Below are positions 27,673 through 37,774 of a stretch of 64,000 nucleotides of DNA, one piece after another (position 1 is the first letter of the stretch; each line of letters opens with the position of its first letter). The stretch is from Candidatus Omnitrophota bacterium (GTDB lineage Bacteria > Omnitrophota > Gorgyraeia > Duberdicusellales > 4484-171). The notes under the pieces were generated by a model. It saw only the letters and a program-made list of their open reading frames with translations. It did not search any database and was not told the origin of the DNA. The translations under genes and the position numbers were made by a program. Location of the stretch: assembly GCA_043820815.1 (NCBI GenBank), contig JBDRDJ010000007.1:30544-94543 (forward strand). Reading direction: 5' to 3'.

Positions 27673-27700
27673 TGCCATTTGCCATTTGCTATTTGCCATT
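27673..27700. repeat. Heptanucleotide tandem repeat TGCCATT x4 (one unit is TGCTATT), intergenic
   Basis: Read directly from the sequence. It lies between the era stop (27699) and the nitroreductase start (27657). The same heptamer, reverse-complemented, recurs inside carA at 42766-42800. Confidence 0.8.
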
Positions 27701-28610
27701 AGGCCCACCAATACCCCAGCTCTTTTAATACCCTTGGGCTCTTTTGCCAATCACTCAAAACTTTAACGCGTATATCGATATAAACTTTTTTATTAACTAT
27801 AGTTTCGATTTCTTTTCTGGATTCGATGCCGACTTGCTTTATGAAATTTCCTTTTTCGCCGATTACTATTTTCTTTTGAGATACTCTGTTTACGTATATA
27901 ACGGCTTCGACAACGGTGACCTTGTCTTTATCTTCTATATTTTCTATCTCAACCGCCAGAGAATGCGGAACTTCCTTTTTTAACTTTAAAAATAATTTCT
28001 CTCTTATAATTTCGGCGGCTCGAAACTTAAGAGGAAAATCGGTAAGCGTTTCTTTATCGTAGAATGGATGCTGGTTAGGTAAATTATCAACAATGGCATT
28101 TTGCAATGAACCCATATTCTGGCCGGTCTTTGCCGAAATAGGAAAGTAATATACTAAAGTATCTTTTATGTTTCTGTTTTTTATAATATTGCTCCAATGG
28201 TTTATATAATCGTTTATGTAAGGAGCGCCTAAATCAATTTTGTTCAGTGCCATTATTATTTTAATCCTCTGCGACGCCAAAAGATCCATTGCTTTTCCTT
28301 CTTCTTTGCCTATTTTTCTCGAAACATCAACGACATAAATAAGCAAATCACACCCTTCTATCGATTTTTTTGCAATTGTGTTAAGATGCCTGGCAAGGTC
28401 ATCTTTAAAAGAATGAATGCCGGGGGTATCGACAAAAACAATTTGGGCGCCGTTAAGATTTAGTATTCCCTTTATCTGATAACGTGTTGTCTGAGGGATT
28501 GCCGATACGATACTTATCTTATTGCCCACCAGATAGTTAAGGATAGAAGACTTTCCCACATTCGGCCTTCCCAGCATACAGACAAACCCCGATTTAAAAT
28601 TTTCTTGCAT
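27699..28610 (-). CDS. era: GTPase Era
   Basis: 303 aa. G1 GRPNVGKSS, G3 DTPG, G4 NKID, plus a C-terminal KH domain. Confidence 0.9.
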   Translation of the reverse strand: MQENFKSGFVCMLGRPNVGKSSILNYLVGNKISIVSAIPQTTRYQIKGILNLNGAQIVFVDTPGIHSFKDDLARHLNTIAKKSIEGCDLLIYVVDVSRKIGKEEGKAMDLLASQRIKIIMALNKIDLGAPYINDYINHWSNIIKNRNIKDTLVYYFPISAKTGQNMGSLQNAIVDNLPNQHPFYDKETLTDFPLKFRAAEIIREKLFLKLKKEVPHSLAVEIENIEDKDKVTVVEAVIYVNRVSQKKIVIGEKGNFIKQVGIESRKEIETIVNKKVYIDIRVKVLSDWQKSPRVLKELGYWWA

Positions 28611-28615
28611 AGTTA

Positions 28616-29741
28616 TTAATTAAGCCGGAAATCTAATTCCTTTACGTAATCTTCTAAAATATTAACACCCTTTATCAGATTTTTTATTTTTACATATTCG
28701 TTTTTTGCATGGGCACATCCTTTTGAACCAAAACCAAATGCAAAAGCATCAATTCCTTTATCTTTTAAAAAGTTTATAACCGTTGCTCCAAAGCTTGGCT
28801 TTAATATTGGATTAATTCTATTCTTTTTCAAAACAGATGAAAGTATCTTTAAATGAAATAAGTTTTTATCAATTTCTATCGGGTCCTGGCAGGCGAGCAC
28901 TTTTATTCTAAAGCCTATTTTATGCTTGGTTATTATCTTTTTTATATCGCCTATTATCCTTTGCTTATCCATGGAGGGCAGATATCGGATATCTAAATCA
29001 AAAAAAAGCGTAACCGGCGACTATATTCACTTTATCTCCACCCTCAAATCTACCGACGTTAAGGGTGGGTTTTTTTAACAGCTTGTGGGTTTCATATTTA
29101 AATTTACGTTTTTTAATTTCATATAATATCTCGACACCCTTTTCAACCGCGCTGATGCCTCTTTCGGGATAGGCCCCGTGGGCCTCTTTGCCGAAGAGTT
29201 CAACGTGTAAATGAAGAAGGCCTTTCTGGGCTACAATAATGTCAAACTCATCAGCATCTAAAACAACTCCGTAATCAATGCCCCGTAAGTATTTCATCAA
29301 AGGTATTGTTCCGTAACGGCTTCCGGTTTCCTCATCGGAGGTAAAAGCAAATATTAAATCTAAATTTTTTAAGGGCTCTTTGCTTTTTAATTTCTCTATC
29401 AATGAAAGAACAACAGCCACATTAGATTTACAATCTGTTGCCCCGCGCCCGTAAATATTGCCTTTGTAAAGTTTTCCTGAGAGAGGAGGAAATTTCCAAT
29501 TTCCTGTTGCCGGCACCGTATCTAGGTGGGGTGTTAATAAAAGTTTTTTCTTACAATTATCCGATTTAAGCTGACAAATCAAGTTTGGCCTTGATTTCTT
29601 AAATTCATATACTTTAAACTCAACATTAATGGCTTTAAGAAATTTCTGTATAAATGCGGCGATCTCCCTTTCATCTCCGGGTGGATTTTGCGAATCTATC
29701 CTTACCAGTTCTTGCAGTAAATTAACAGCGTCCATTTTCAT
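28616..29741 (-). pseudogene. M20-family metallopeptidase (ArgE/DapE-like) split by a 1-nt frameshift in an A8/T8 run
   Basis: ORFs 28998-29741 (N-terminal, LVRIDSQNPPG..) and 28616-28972 (C-terminal) belong to one gene. Removing one base from the run at 29000-29007 joins ..NIVAGYAFF to DLDIRYLPSMDKQRIIG.. in frame. Confidence 0.75.
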
Positions 29742-29790
29742 AAATAAAATATTTCAACGGACAAGGCTATGCCTTGTCCTTACAGGATTT

Positions 29791-30180
29791 TTATTTTGTC
29801 CATTCTGCTTGAATGCTTTTGTTTAATTTATCTATAAAAACGTTAAACTTTGGATGCTTTCTCACGTTTTCTAAGTCTTTGTCTTTGAGCATGTAAACAA
29901 TATCGTCATAACCTAAAAGCACGGCTTTCTTGAGCTGGGCTAAGGCTTCATCGGTTTTCCCCAGTAAAGAAAGGCTGCAGGCAAGGTTATAATAAACAAT
30001 GGGGCAATCGGGTTTTAACCGGGTGAGCTTTTTATCAACCTCGAGGCCTTCATCGTAAAAACCCTTGCGCGTATAAGTGTCGCCCAAGGAAATCAACACC
30101 TGAATGAAATCAGGCCGCTCTTTAAGAATACTTTCGTAAAATTTTATCTCGAAATCTTTTTTCTTTTCTCTTTTCTTCAT
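29791..30180 (-). CDS. TPR-repeat protein
   Basis: 129 aa with TPR-like helices (GDTYTRKGFYDEGLEV, YYNLACSLSLLGKTDEALAQLKKAV). Confidence 0.65.
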   Translation of the reverse strand: MKKREKKKDFEIKFYESILKERPDFIQVLISLGDTYTRKGFYDEGLEVDKKLTRLKPDCPIVYYNLACSLSLLGKTDEALAQLKKAVLLGYDDIVYMLKDKDLENVRKHPKFNVFIDKLNKSIQAEWTK

Positions 30181-30186
30181 TGTATT

Positions 30187-32521
30187 TTACTTATCGACCT
30201 TTTCAAGAATAACTCTTTCTCGCAACAGGTAGAAAACTTTCTCTAAGCTGTTTTTAAACTCCGGATAATCATCTTTTTCTACAAACCTCTCATTAACTGA
30301 AAATTCCCGGTGAATTTTGACATTATCGTCATCATTATCATACCTTAATGTATATTTAAACCACTTTGTGTTTACTTCTTTATTTTTGGGCAGATGAGCA
30401 ATCTTTATATTGCCGGGCAGGTTAACTGTTATTTTTGATATTTTGTTAAAAATGCCGTTAAAGTCAACCGGGAAATTCCTGCTTTCTTTACTCGCATAGG
30501 CAGTATCTATATCTATGTCGCTTATTGCAGGAAGTATCCGCAAATTACCCGCGGGATTTAATATCTTTCTTGCCTCGAATTTATAGCGTAACTCAGGAAT
30601 TTTATCAAAATCATCCGGGTCCGTAAACGCATAATCAATAAGCCAGGAGTGCGGGCTGATTTCTACCATACGCGCCTGTATATTCTCCTTAATAAGATTG
30701 GGGTGGGTATTCTTTAAATAATGCCTGTAATAAGCGGCGTAATTTCCATAAGTGGTTACAGTCCGGTTTATTTTTCCGTTTTCGTCTTCATCTATATTAA
30801 TAACGGTATCATATATAATTTTATTATTTCTTAAAAGAGGTGTTCTTTCGATTCTTGGCCCATCGTCGAATAATACCAAAACATCTGTTTCTTGATCATC
30901 AAGAGGAATGTCGCCGAATGCGGTGGTTTGCGTTGTCGCATCCATAAAGACGAGTTTTTCATCGTGTAAAAGAACAGCTATTGCATGGTTGAAATTAACT
31001 GCCGGAAAATCATCATGTATTGCATAGACACTGCGTGTGGGAATTAAAACAGGGTAAGCTTTTAATCCGGCCTCTCTCAACATGGCAACAAGAAGGGTTG
31101 CCTTATCCTTGCAATCTCCGTAACGGTTTAAAAACACATCATTGGCATAATGGGGTTCATAGCCGCTTTCGCCGTACTCAACCGCTACATAACGGATATC
31201 TTTAGCGCAAAATTCATATATTTTTTTTTGCCTTCTCAATATCACCGCGGCATCCTTTTGTAATCCCGGATACAAAATCCTTTATTCCATTATTAAGCCC
31301 GATTTTATCGTAAAAAAGCTTCCACCACCAATTATAAATCTCATCCCATGAGTTAAAGCTTGATATAAAAATTGCCGGGTTTACCTGCCAGTGAGGAGGC
31401 ATTTTCTTCTCAGGGATAATGGGATCTAAGCCGTCAAACGCCCATGAGTAAGATATCGTTTTATTTTGTTCTGTAATTGCAGGGGTTAAATTTAACCCTT
31501 TGGCATATTCTTGATTTATATATTTAAGGTTAATTTTTCTGCCTTGAGGAACTGTTAATTTCAACCGCGCCCTGGCTAAGGGAAAACGTTCTCTTAAACG
31601 GTAGATAAAAGATAAATCCCTTTCGTTTAAGAGTTTTGAAGAATACACTTTTACTTTATATTCAATTATTGACCCGACCTCAACCGAAGGCATGGAAATT
31701 ATATATACCCTGGCATTTGAGTAAAGCGGAAAATTTAAGTATTTGCTTACGTCACGCGTGTTTTCGCGGCCGGCGTAAACGACTTTTGAATCTCCCGTAA
31801 TTGTACGGGCAAATTCCAGCTCTACCCTTTCATGGCTGGAATCATAGCCTATTTCTACTTCTGCCAAGTTTTTACCTTTATAATTCAATATCTTTTCTGC
31901 TACATAAAAGGTCGCGACAGAAGTGTTATCTTCGTTTATAACGGTTTCTTCATCAACAGAAAGCACAACCGCCTCTTCGTCTTTTATGCTCGAAATAAAA
32001 TCTTTATGTGTATTTAATAACTGCCTGACCTCTTCGGGAAAACCTTCTTCTATTTTTATCCCAATGCCCTGGATGCGTTTATTGCCGAGTTCTTTAAAGG
32101 GCTGTTTTAATTTCTTATATATTTTTAAGGCACGCGGAAATTGGCTTTTCTCCTCCAGCGTCCGCGCAAAGAAATACATAAACTCATCATCGTTAATTTC
32201 ACTTAACTGCTCAAATACAGATAATGCAAGATCGTAATCCTTAAGTTTAAACAGGGCTTTGGCTAAAATAATGTTTTCTTCTTTGCCTTTAACACCGGAT
32301 AAGAGTTCTTTTACTCTTTCGAAATCGTTAAACCGGTAAAAAAACCGGGCGGCCTCAAGGCGCAGTTTTTTATCGCCGGGGTTATTATCAATCTGTTTAA
32401 GGTAGCTTAAAGAAACATCATCATACAGGCCGGGAAGCTGATTTTGGTTTAAAACCGAGGTACAGCCGCTTAATAAACTAAAAGCTAAAGGCAAAAGGCT
32501 AAAAATTATATATCTTTTCAT
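30187..32521 (-). pseudogene. Lipoprotein with TPR/DUF3857-like N-terminus and a transglutaminase-like core, split by a 1-nt frameshift in an A9/T9 run
   Basis: The N-terminal ORF has a lipobox (LLSGC). The C-terminal ORF has YGDCKDKATLLVAMLREAG (transglutaminase Cys). Removing one base from the run at 31221-31229 turns ..GDIEKAKKNI* into ..EKAKKIYEFCAKDIRYVAVEYG.. and fuses the two ORFs. Confidence 0.7.
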
Positions 32522-32539
32522 ATTATCTTTTTAACAATT

Positions 32540-32830
32540 TTAGACGAGGAGGCCAAGGGCATCTTTGACAGGCTGGCCGGTGTATATGCCTAATTTTTTT
32601 GCGGAAGATGTTACGGAGAAAACTTTCGCTTTTAAGGCCTCATTAATTGTAGAAACACCCGTGATCATGGCCGCTGTATCTTTGAATTTCTCGGCAACTT
32701 TTAAATTAAGGTAACCGCACATAATATAGCCGCGGCTTCCCCTTAATACAATAAGGCTTTTATCCTGCATTCTCATGCACAGTGCCTGGATATATTTCCT
32801 GCCGATTTTGATTCTTTTTGTTTTTAACAT
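32540..32830 (-). CDS. DUF1805 (YunC-like) domain protein
   Basis: 96 aa. LIVLRGSRGYIMCGYLNL..AEKF is typical of DUF1805. Confidence 0.55.
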   Translation of the reverse strand: MLKTKRIKIGRKYIQALCMRMQDKSLIVLRGSRGYIMCGYLNLKVAEKFKDTAAMITGVSTINEALKAKVFSVTSSAKKLGIYTGQPVKDALGLLV

Positions 32831-33978
32831 TAAAGATTAGAGAGGAATTGCTCGATCCGGATTATTGCTTTCTTCAGGTTGTCAAAGGTATTCGCATAAG
32901 AAATTCGTATATATGATGAAAATTCTTTGCCGAATGCGCATCCGGGAACAACAGCGACTTTCTTATCAAACAAGAGCTTTTTTGCAAAATCGAGAGCTTT
33001 GATTTTAAATTTCTTCAAAGACGAAAAACAATAGAAAGCGCCTTTGGGCATAACAGTTGATAGCCCGAGCCTGTTTAATTCTTTTACCATAAAATCGCGC
33101 CTGCGCCTGTATTCGGTTTTCATTTGGGATACTTCTTTTGTTGCTTTTAAGCCCTCACATGCGGCTACCTGGGATATAATAGCACTGCATAGCGCCGAGT
33201 AGGAGTGGATTTTGGTCATTGCCGAAATTACTTTATTATTAGCGCAGGCATAGCCTACCCTGAAACCGGTCATGGCGTGCCCTTTGGAAAACCCGTTTAG
33301 CAGGATTGTCCTTTCTCTTGCTCTCTTATCTAAAGAAGCAAAAGGATAATGGCTGCCATGGTAAACAAGCTCATCATAAACCTCGTCGCTGATTACAATT
33401 ATCTCTTTGCGCGATAAAACTCTCCATATTTCTTTAAGTTCCTCTTTATCGTATGTCACTCCCGTAGGATTAGAGGGAAAATTCATTACAACCGCTTTGG
33501 GGTTATTCTTGGTAAGCTCATAAAGCTCCCTTGGTTTTATCTTGAATCCGTTTTCTTCTTTGGTTACATAAAACAAAGGCTTTGCGCCGCAAACATAAAC
33601 CAATGCCGGATAAGCAACATAATGGGGGCTTACGATGATTACTTTATCGCCGGGGTTTAATACGGCCCGAAGAGCCAGGTCATAGCCTTCGCTGACTCCT
33701 GAGGTAATAAGAATTTCATCGGCTGGGTTATAATTTAGCGCGTATTTACTTTTTAAGTGCTCTGATATGCCTTTTCGCAGGATGAAAAGCCCCTGATTAG
33801 ATGTGTACGACGTTAAACCCTCTTCAAGAGCTGTAATAGCTTTCTCCCTTATCCTCCATGGGCTTATAAAATCAGGCTCTCCCACACCTAAGGATACAAC
33901 ATCAGGCATTCCCAATACGAGGTCGAAAAACTCCCGTATGCCCGATGGTGCTAATTGTTCTACGCGTTTTGCGATCAT
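32830..33978 (-). CDS. Class I/II PLP-dependent aminotransferase (aspartate/aromatic type)
   Basis: 382 aa. LGVGEPDF, NPTG, and SKGHAMTGFRVGY (PLP-binding Lys). Confidence 0.85.
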   Translation of the reverse strand: MIAKRVEQLAPSGIREFFDLVLGMPDVVSLGVGEPDFISPWRIREKAITALEEGLTSYTSNQGLFILRKGISEHLKSKYALNYNPADEILITSGVSEGYDLALRAVLNPGDKVIIVSPHYVAYPALVYVCGAKPLFYVTKEENGFKIKPRELYELTKNNPKAVVMNFPSNPTGVTYDKEELKEIWRVLSRKEIIVISDEVYDELVYHGSHYPFASLDKRARERTILLNGFSKGHAMTGFRVGYACANNKVISAMTKIHSYSALCSAIISQVAACEGLKATKEVSQMKTEYRRRRDFMVKELNRLGLSTVMPKGAFYCFSSLKKFKIKALDFAKKLLFDKKVAVVPGCAFGKEFSSYIRISYANTFDNLKKAIIRIEQFLSNL

Positions 33979-34001
33979 TTTAAAATATTATTACTTATAA
34001 C

Positions 34002-34026
34002 GGGCAGGGGCGAGCCCTGCCCCTGC
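34002..34026 (-). terminator. GC-rich hairpin immediately after the lrp stop (GGGCAGGG / CCCTGCCC core)
   Basis: GGGCAGGG (34002-34009) pairs with CCCTGCCC (34015-34022). A tandem CCCTGC gives an alternative register. It has the same core as the hairpin at 4745-4767. Confidence 0.4.
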
Positions 34027-34027
34027 G

Positions 34028-34510
34028 TTAGTAGGTTATTGCCAATCTTTTGCTCTTTTCCTCTTTAACCATAATAACGCCGTCTTCTTTGTATTTCTTA
34101 AGCATAAAATGAGAAACCGTGCCTTTTATGTGGCTTAAAGGCGCTAACTTCTCAGATACGAAATTAGCAACTGTGTGGATGTCTTTACCCTCAACAATTA
34201 AAAGAAGGTCATAGGTACCTGAAATAAGATAACAGCTCTTTACCTCAGGAAACCTGTATATGCGCTCGGCAACATTGTCAAAACCAACATCCTTTTGAGG
34301 CGTAACTTTAACTTCGATAAGAGCGAATACGTTCTTTAAATCCGTTATTTTATCGCGGTTAATAACTGTCTTGTATTTTACAATAACCCCTTTTTTCTCA
34401 TAATTTTTGATTAATCTTTCAATTTCCTTCTTGCTTTTGCCTGTAAGTTTTTGCATTTCATCAAGCGTTACCCTTGCGTTATTCTCCAGAATCTCCAAAA
34501 TATCATCCAT
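34028..34510 (-). CDS. Lrp/AsnC-family transcriptional regulator
   Basis: 160 aa with an N-terminal HTH (ARVTLDEMQKLTGKSKKEIERLIKNYEKKGVI) and a C-terminal RAM/AsnC domain. Confidence 0.85.
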   Translation of the reverse strand: MDDILEILENNARVTLDEMQKLTGKSKKEIERLIKNYEKKGVIVKYKTVINRDKITDLKNVFALIEVKVTPQKDVGFDNVAERIYRFPEVKSCYLISGTYDLLLIVEGKDIHTVANFVSEKLAPLSHIKGTVSHFMLKKYKEDGVIMVKEEKSKRLAITY

Positions 34511-34550
34511 ATTTACCCCCTTGATTTATATTAGTTAAGTTACGGATTTT

Positions 34551-34660
34551 AATGACGAAACCAGAATGTCGAGTGACGAATTAATGATTAAACGGGAAAA
34601 GAAGAATTTATTTCGACATTGGGTCATTCTTAATTAATTCGTCATTACTCATTCGTCATT
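34551..34660. repeat. 110-bp palindromic repeat element, copy 2
   Basis: Same termini (AATGACGAA / TTCGTCATT), same 110-bp length and same orientation as 27044-27153. The central ~25 bp have diverged. Confidence 0.75.
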
Positions 34661-34732
34661 AGACATTATAACACATATTCTATTGTAAATAATAAGGCAG
34701 GTATTGTAAAGGAAATTTCGTAAAGGCCAAGT

Positions 34733-35353
34733 TTATGAATCTGTTTTCCATTGGTTGAAGCCGATTGACTGATATCCGTAGCGGACTACAACATCGCTTA
34801 AGGTTTCCACTTTTCTCTGCTTTAAGATATCGGTGAAATTAAGGAAAGCTTTGTATGCTACAAAGGCATCCTCCATTGCCCGGTGCAGGCCACCAACCGG
34901 CTCTACATTAAGAAAACGGGCAATTTCTCCCAAGTTATACCTGGGCAAACTCAGCAATGACCGGGCCATGAGAAGAACGTCTATTACCGGCTGGTTAGGG
35001 GCTGCAGAGCCTATTCTATTTAATTCTCCCTGTAAAAAAGACATATCAAACTTTGCATTGTAAACACAGATAACAGAGTTATTGAGAAAAGACAGCAGGC
35101 TGTCTGCCCGCTGTTCAAAATAGGGGGCACCTTTTACATCTTTATCAGAAATTCTATGTATGCGGTAAGCACCTTCGGGGATAGGCTTCTTAGGGTTTAT
35201 TAAACTGTGATATTTATCGACAATGCGGCGATTCCTTACCTTAAACGCGCCTATTTCGCAAATGGCATCACCAAGGGCAACATTGAGGCCGGTAGTTTCA
35301 AGGTCGAGAAATACCAGGTCGTAATCGTTTATGTTGTTTGACAAATCCATCAC
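34733..35353 (-). CDS. DnaQ-like 3'-5' exonuclease (DNA polymerase III epsilon family)
   Basis: 206 aa. Exo I FLDLETTGL, Exo II VYNAKFDMSFL, Exo III HRAMEDA. Confidence 0.8.
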   Translation of the reverse strand: MMDLSNNINDYDLVFLDLETTGLNVALGDAICEIGAFKVRNRRIVDKYHSLINPKKPIPEGAYRIHRISDKDVKGAPYFEQRADSLLSFLNNSVICVYNAKFDMSFLQGELNRIGSAAPNQPVIDVLLMARSLLSLPRYNLGEIARFLNVEPVGGLHRAMEDAFVAYKAFLNFTDILKQRKVETLSDVVVRYGYQSIGFNQWKTDS

Positions 35354-35760
35354 ACAATTAATTTAACCACGATTTTGCGCTGGCGGGGGCGTGTGTCAAA
35401 ATCACAGAGAACAACCTGCTGCCAGGTGCCTAAATCAAGTTTTCCTTTTGTCACAGAAACAAAAAAACCGGTTTTTAAAAAAGAGCTGCGAAGATGCGAA
35501 TGGCCGTTATCATCGGACCATGTGGCATTATGTGCGTAATCTCCCCTATAAGGAAACACTTCCTCGAACATAGCTCTTAAATCTTTAACAAGCCCCGGTT
35601 CATACTCCATGGTAGTTAATCCCGCAGTTGATCCGATAACAGATAAAAAAAGAATTCCATCGCTTATACCCTCATCTTCAATAATTGAGGCTAGATAAGG
35701 AGTTATATCAACAATATCGGTATTTCCTTTTGTTTCTAGGTTTATGTATTTGGTCTGCAC
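35350..35760 (-). CDS. YjbQ/UPF0047 family protein (secondary thiamine-phosphate synthase type)
   Basis: 136 aa. Contains NGHSHLRSSFL and GTWQ motifs. Confidence 0.7.
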   Translation of the reverse strand: MQTKYINLETKGNTDIVDITPYLASIIEDEGISDGILFLSVIGSTAGLTTMEYEPGLVKDLRAMFEEVFPYRGDYAHNATWSDDNGHSHLRSSFLKTGFFVSVTKGKLDLGTWQQVVLCDFDTRPRQRKIVVKLIV

Positions 35761-35764
35761 TCTT

Positions 35765-36085
35765 TCACCTCACAACGCTGCCAGAAGAAATTTCTTTTTC
35801 TGTTGTAAGAATTACAACTTTGCCCTCGCCTTGGGCGGCAAGAAGCATGCCTTGAGATTCAACGCCGCGCACAGCTCTTGGCTCTAAGTTTGCTATCACA
35901 ACAACCGTCTTTCCTTTTAGCTCATCGGGGCTATAGTAAGCTTTTATCCCGGCAACGAGCTGAATTTCTTTTTCCCCGATATTTACTTTTAATACATAAA
36001 GCTTATCGGCATTTGAATGCTCATTCACCTCTAAAATCTTACCAGTACGCAGTTCCAACTTCTTAAAATCATCAAATGTAATCAT
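35765..36085 (-). CDS. tRNA-binding domain protein (CsaA / MetRS C-terminal EMAP-like)
   Basis: 106 aa. FKKLELRTGKILEV..ADKLYVLKVNIG.. ..RGVESQGMLLAA. Confidence 0.75.
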   Translation of the reverse strand: MITFDDFKKLELRTGKILEVNEHSNADKLYVLKVNIGEKEIQLVAGIKAYYSPDELKGKTVVVIANLEPRAVRGVESQGMLLAAQGEGKVVILTTEKEISSGSVVR

Positions 36086-36171
36086 AAATAACCCCTTTCT
36101 TTAAGGTAATTATTTATTTTAACAATTATTGGATATATGGCAAATCTTTATTTCCCAACCGCGAAATCTTG

Positions 36172-37773
36172 CTATTTGCTATTAAAGGCGTGAGAGATAA
36201 ATTCGCGAAATAGCGGATGCGCTTTATCGGGCTTGGATTTAAATTCGGGATGGAACTGGCAGGCAACAAACCAGGGATGATTTTCTAACTCGACCAGTTC
36301 AACTAAGTTTTCCTTAGGGTTGATACCGGAAAAAACCATGCCATGTTTTGCCATGGTATCACGGTAGGAATTATTAAATTCGTAGCGGTGGCGGTGACGT
36401 TCATGAATTTTCTCTTTTTTATACGCAGCATACGCTTTTGTCTGCTTTCCCAATGCACATTCATAAGCGCCAAGGCGCATTGACGCCCCTTTTATTTTTG
36501 TCTTTTTCTGCTCCTCAAGAAGGCTGATTACCGGGTATCTTGTATTCTTATTAAATTCGGTAGAATTAGCGCCTTTTAGGCCGCAGGCGCCTCTTGCAAA
36601 CTCAATAACTGCCGCCTGAAGCCCTAAGCATATGCCGAAAAAAGGTATGTTGTTTTCTCTGGCAAATCTAACGGCTTGTATTTTTCCCTCTATGCCGCGT
36701 GCCCCAAAGCCTCCAGGGACTAATATGCCTTTTACCCCTTTTAAATATTTTTCTGCGCTATGTTTTTCAATGTCTTCCGAGTCAACCTTCTTTAGTATCA
36801 GTTTAGCGCTATTGGCAATTGCTCCATGCGTTAAAGCCTCGTAAATAGATTTGTAGGCGTCCTGTAAGGTTATATACTTACCTACAACTGCTATTGAGAT
36901 TTCTTTTTTTGGAGAACGTAATTTTGCAAGAACCTTTTTATCCCATTCGGATAAATTACCTTCGGGGCATTTTAGGTTAAGCAGGCGCACAATCAGTTTA
37001 TCCAGACCTTCTCTTTTAAAATTAAACGGGACTTCATAAATACTTTTTACATCGATTGCCGGAATCACCGCCTCAGCATCAACATTACAGAATAAAGCGA
37101 TTTTATCGCGTGCCTCTTTGGCAAGAACCTTTTCCGTGCGGCAAAGTATAATATCGGGAATAATACCTATTTCGCGAAGCGTCCCAACGCTGTGTTGAGT
37201 CGGTTTAGTCTTAATCTCACCCGCTGATTTTATAAAAGGAACCAGGGTAACATGAATGTTTAGAGCATAATCTTTACCAAGTTCGAGCTTTAACTGCCTT
37301 ATTGATTCTAAGAAAGGCAGGCCTTCAATATCGCCTACGGTTCCTCCTATCTCAACTATTACAACATCAATCTTCTGGTTGTAAGAAACTCTCTTGATTC
37401 TGTTTTTTATTTCGTTGGTAATATGAGGAATTATCTGAACTGTCTTGCCCAGGTAATCGCCCTTTCTTTCTTTTGATATAACCGAATAGTAAACTTTTCC
37501 CGTTGTTATATTGTTATCTTTGGTAAGTTTGGCATTGGTAAAACGCTGGTAATGGCCCAAATCAAGGTCTGTTTCTGCTCCATCATCAGTAACATACACC
37601 TCTCCGTGCTGAAAAGGGTTCATTGTGCCGGGGTCGACATTTATATAAGGGTCGCACTTTACAATCGTTATCTTCAATCCCCGTGCCTCAAGAAGCTTGC
37701 CTATTGAGGCTGAAGCAATTCCTTTTCCAAGGCTTGAAACAACGCCGCCGGTTACAAATATGTATTTTGCCAT
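36172..37773 (-). CDS. pyrG: CTP synthase
   Basis: [19 protein letters not shown]-terminus; glutaminase domain GICLGLQ..HRHRYE. Start set at 37773, 1 nt after the purF stop. The longer ORF-track start overlaps purF. Confidence 0.93.
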   Translation of the reverse strand: MAKYIFVTGGVVSSLGKGIASASIGKLLEARGLKITIVKCDPYINVDPGTMNPFQHGEVYVTDDGAETDLDLGHYQRFTNAKLTKDNNITTGKVYYSVISKERKGDYLGKTVQIIPHITNEIKNRIKRVSYNQKIDVVIVEIGGTVGDIEGLPFLESIRQLKLELGKDYALNIHVTLVPFIKSAGEIKTKPTQHSVGTLREIGIIPDIILCRTEKVLAKEARDKIALFCNVDAEAVIPAIDVKSIYEVPFNFKREGLDKLIVRLLNLKCPEGNLSEWDKKVLAKLRSPKKEISIAVVGKYITLQDAYKSIYEALTHGAIANSAKLILKKVDSEDIEKHSAEKYLKGVKGILVPGGFGARGIEGKIQAVRFARENNIPFFGICLGLQAAVIEFARGACGLKGANSTEFNKNTRYPVISLLEEQKKTKIKGASMRLGAYECALGKQTKAYAAYKKEKIHERHRHRYEFNNSYRDTMAKHGMVFSGINPKENLVELVELENHPWFVACQFHPEFKSKPDKAHPLFREFISHAFNSK

Positions 37774-37774
37774 T

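Noticed and set aside
27044-27700. Whether the GTCATT/AATGAC-rich element or the TGCCATT tandem units form a CRISPR array.
   Set aside because: The units are 6-7 bp with no spacers. There are no 24-40-bp repeats at regular intervals and no cas genes in the window.
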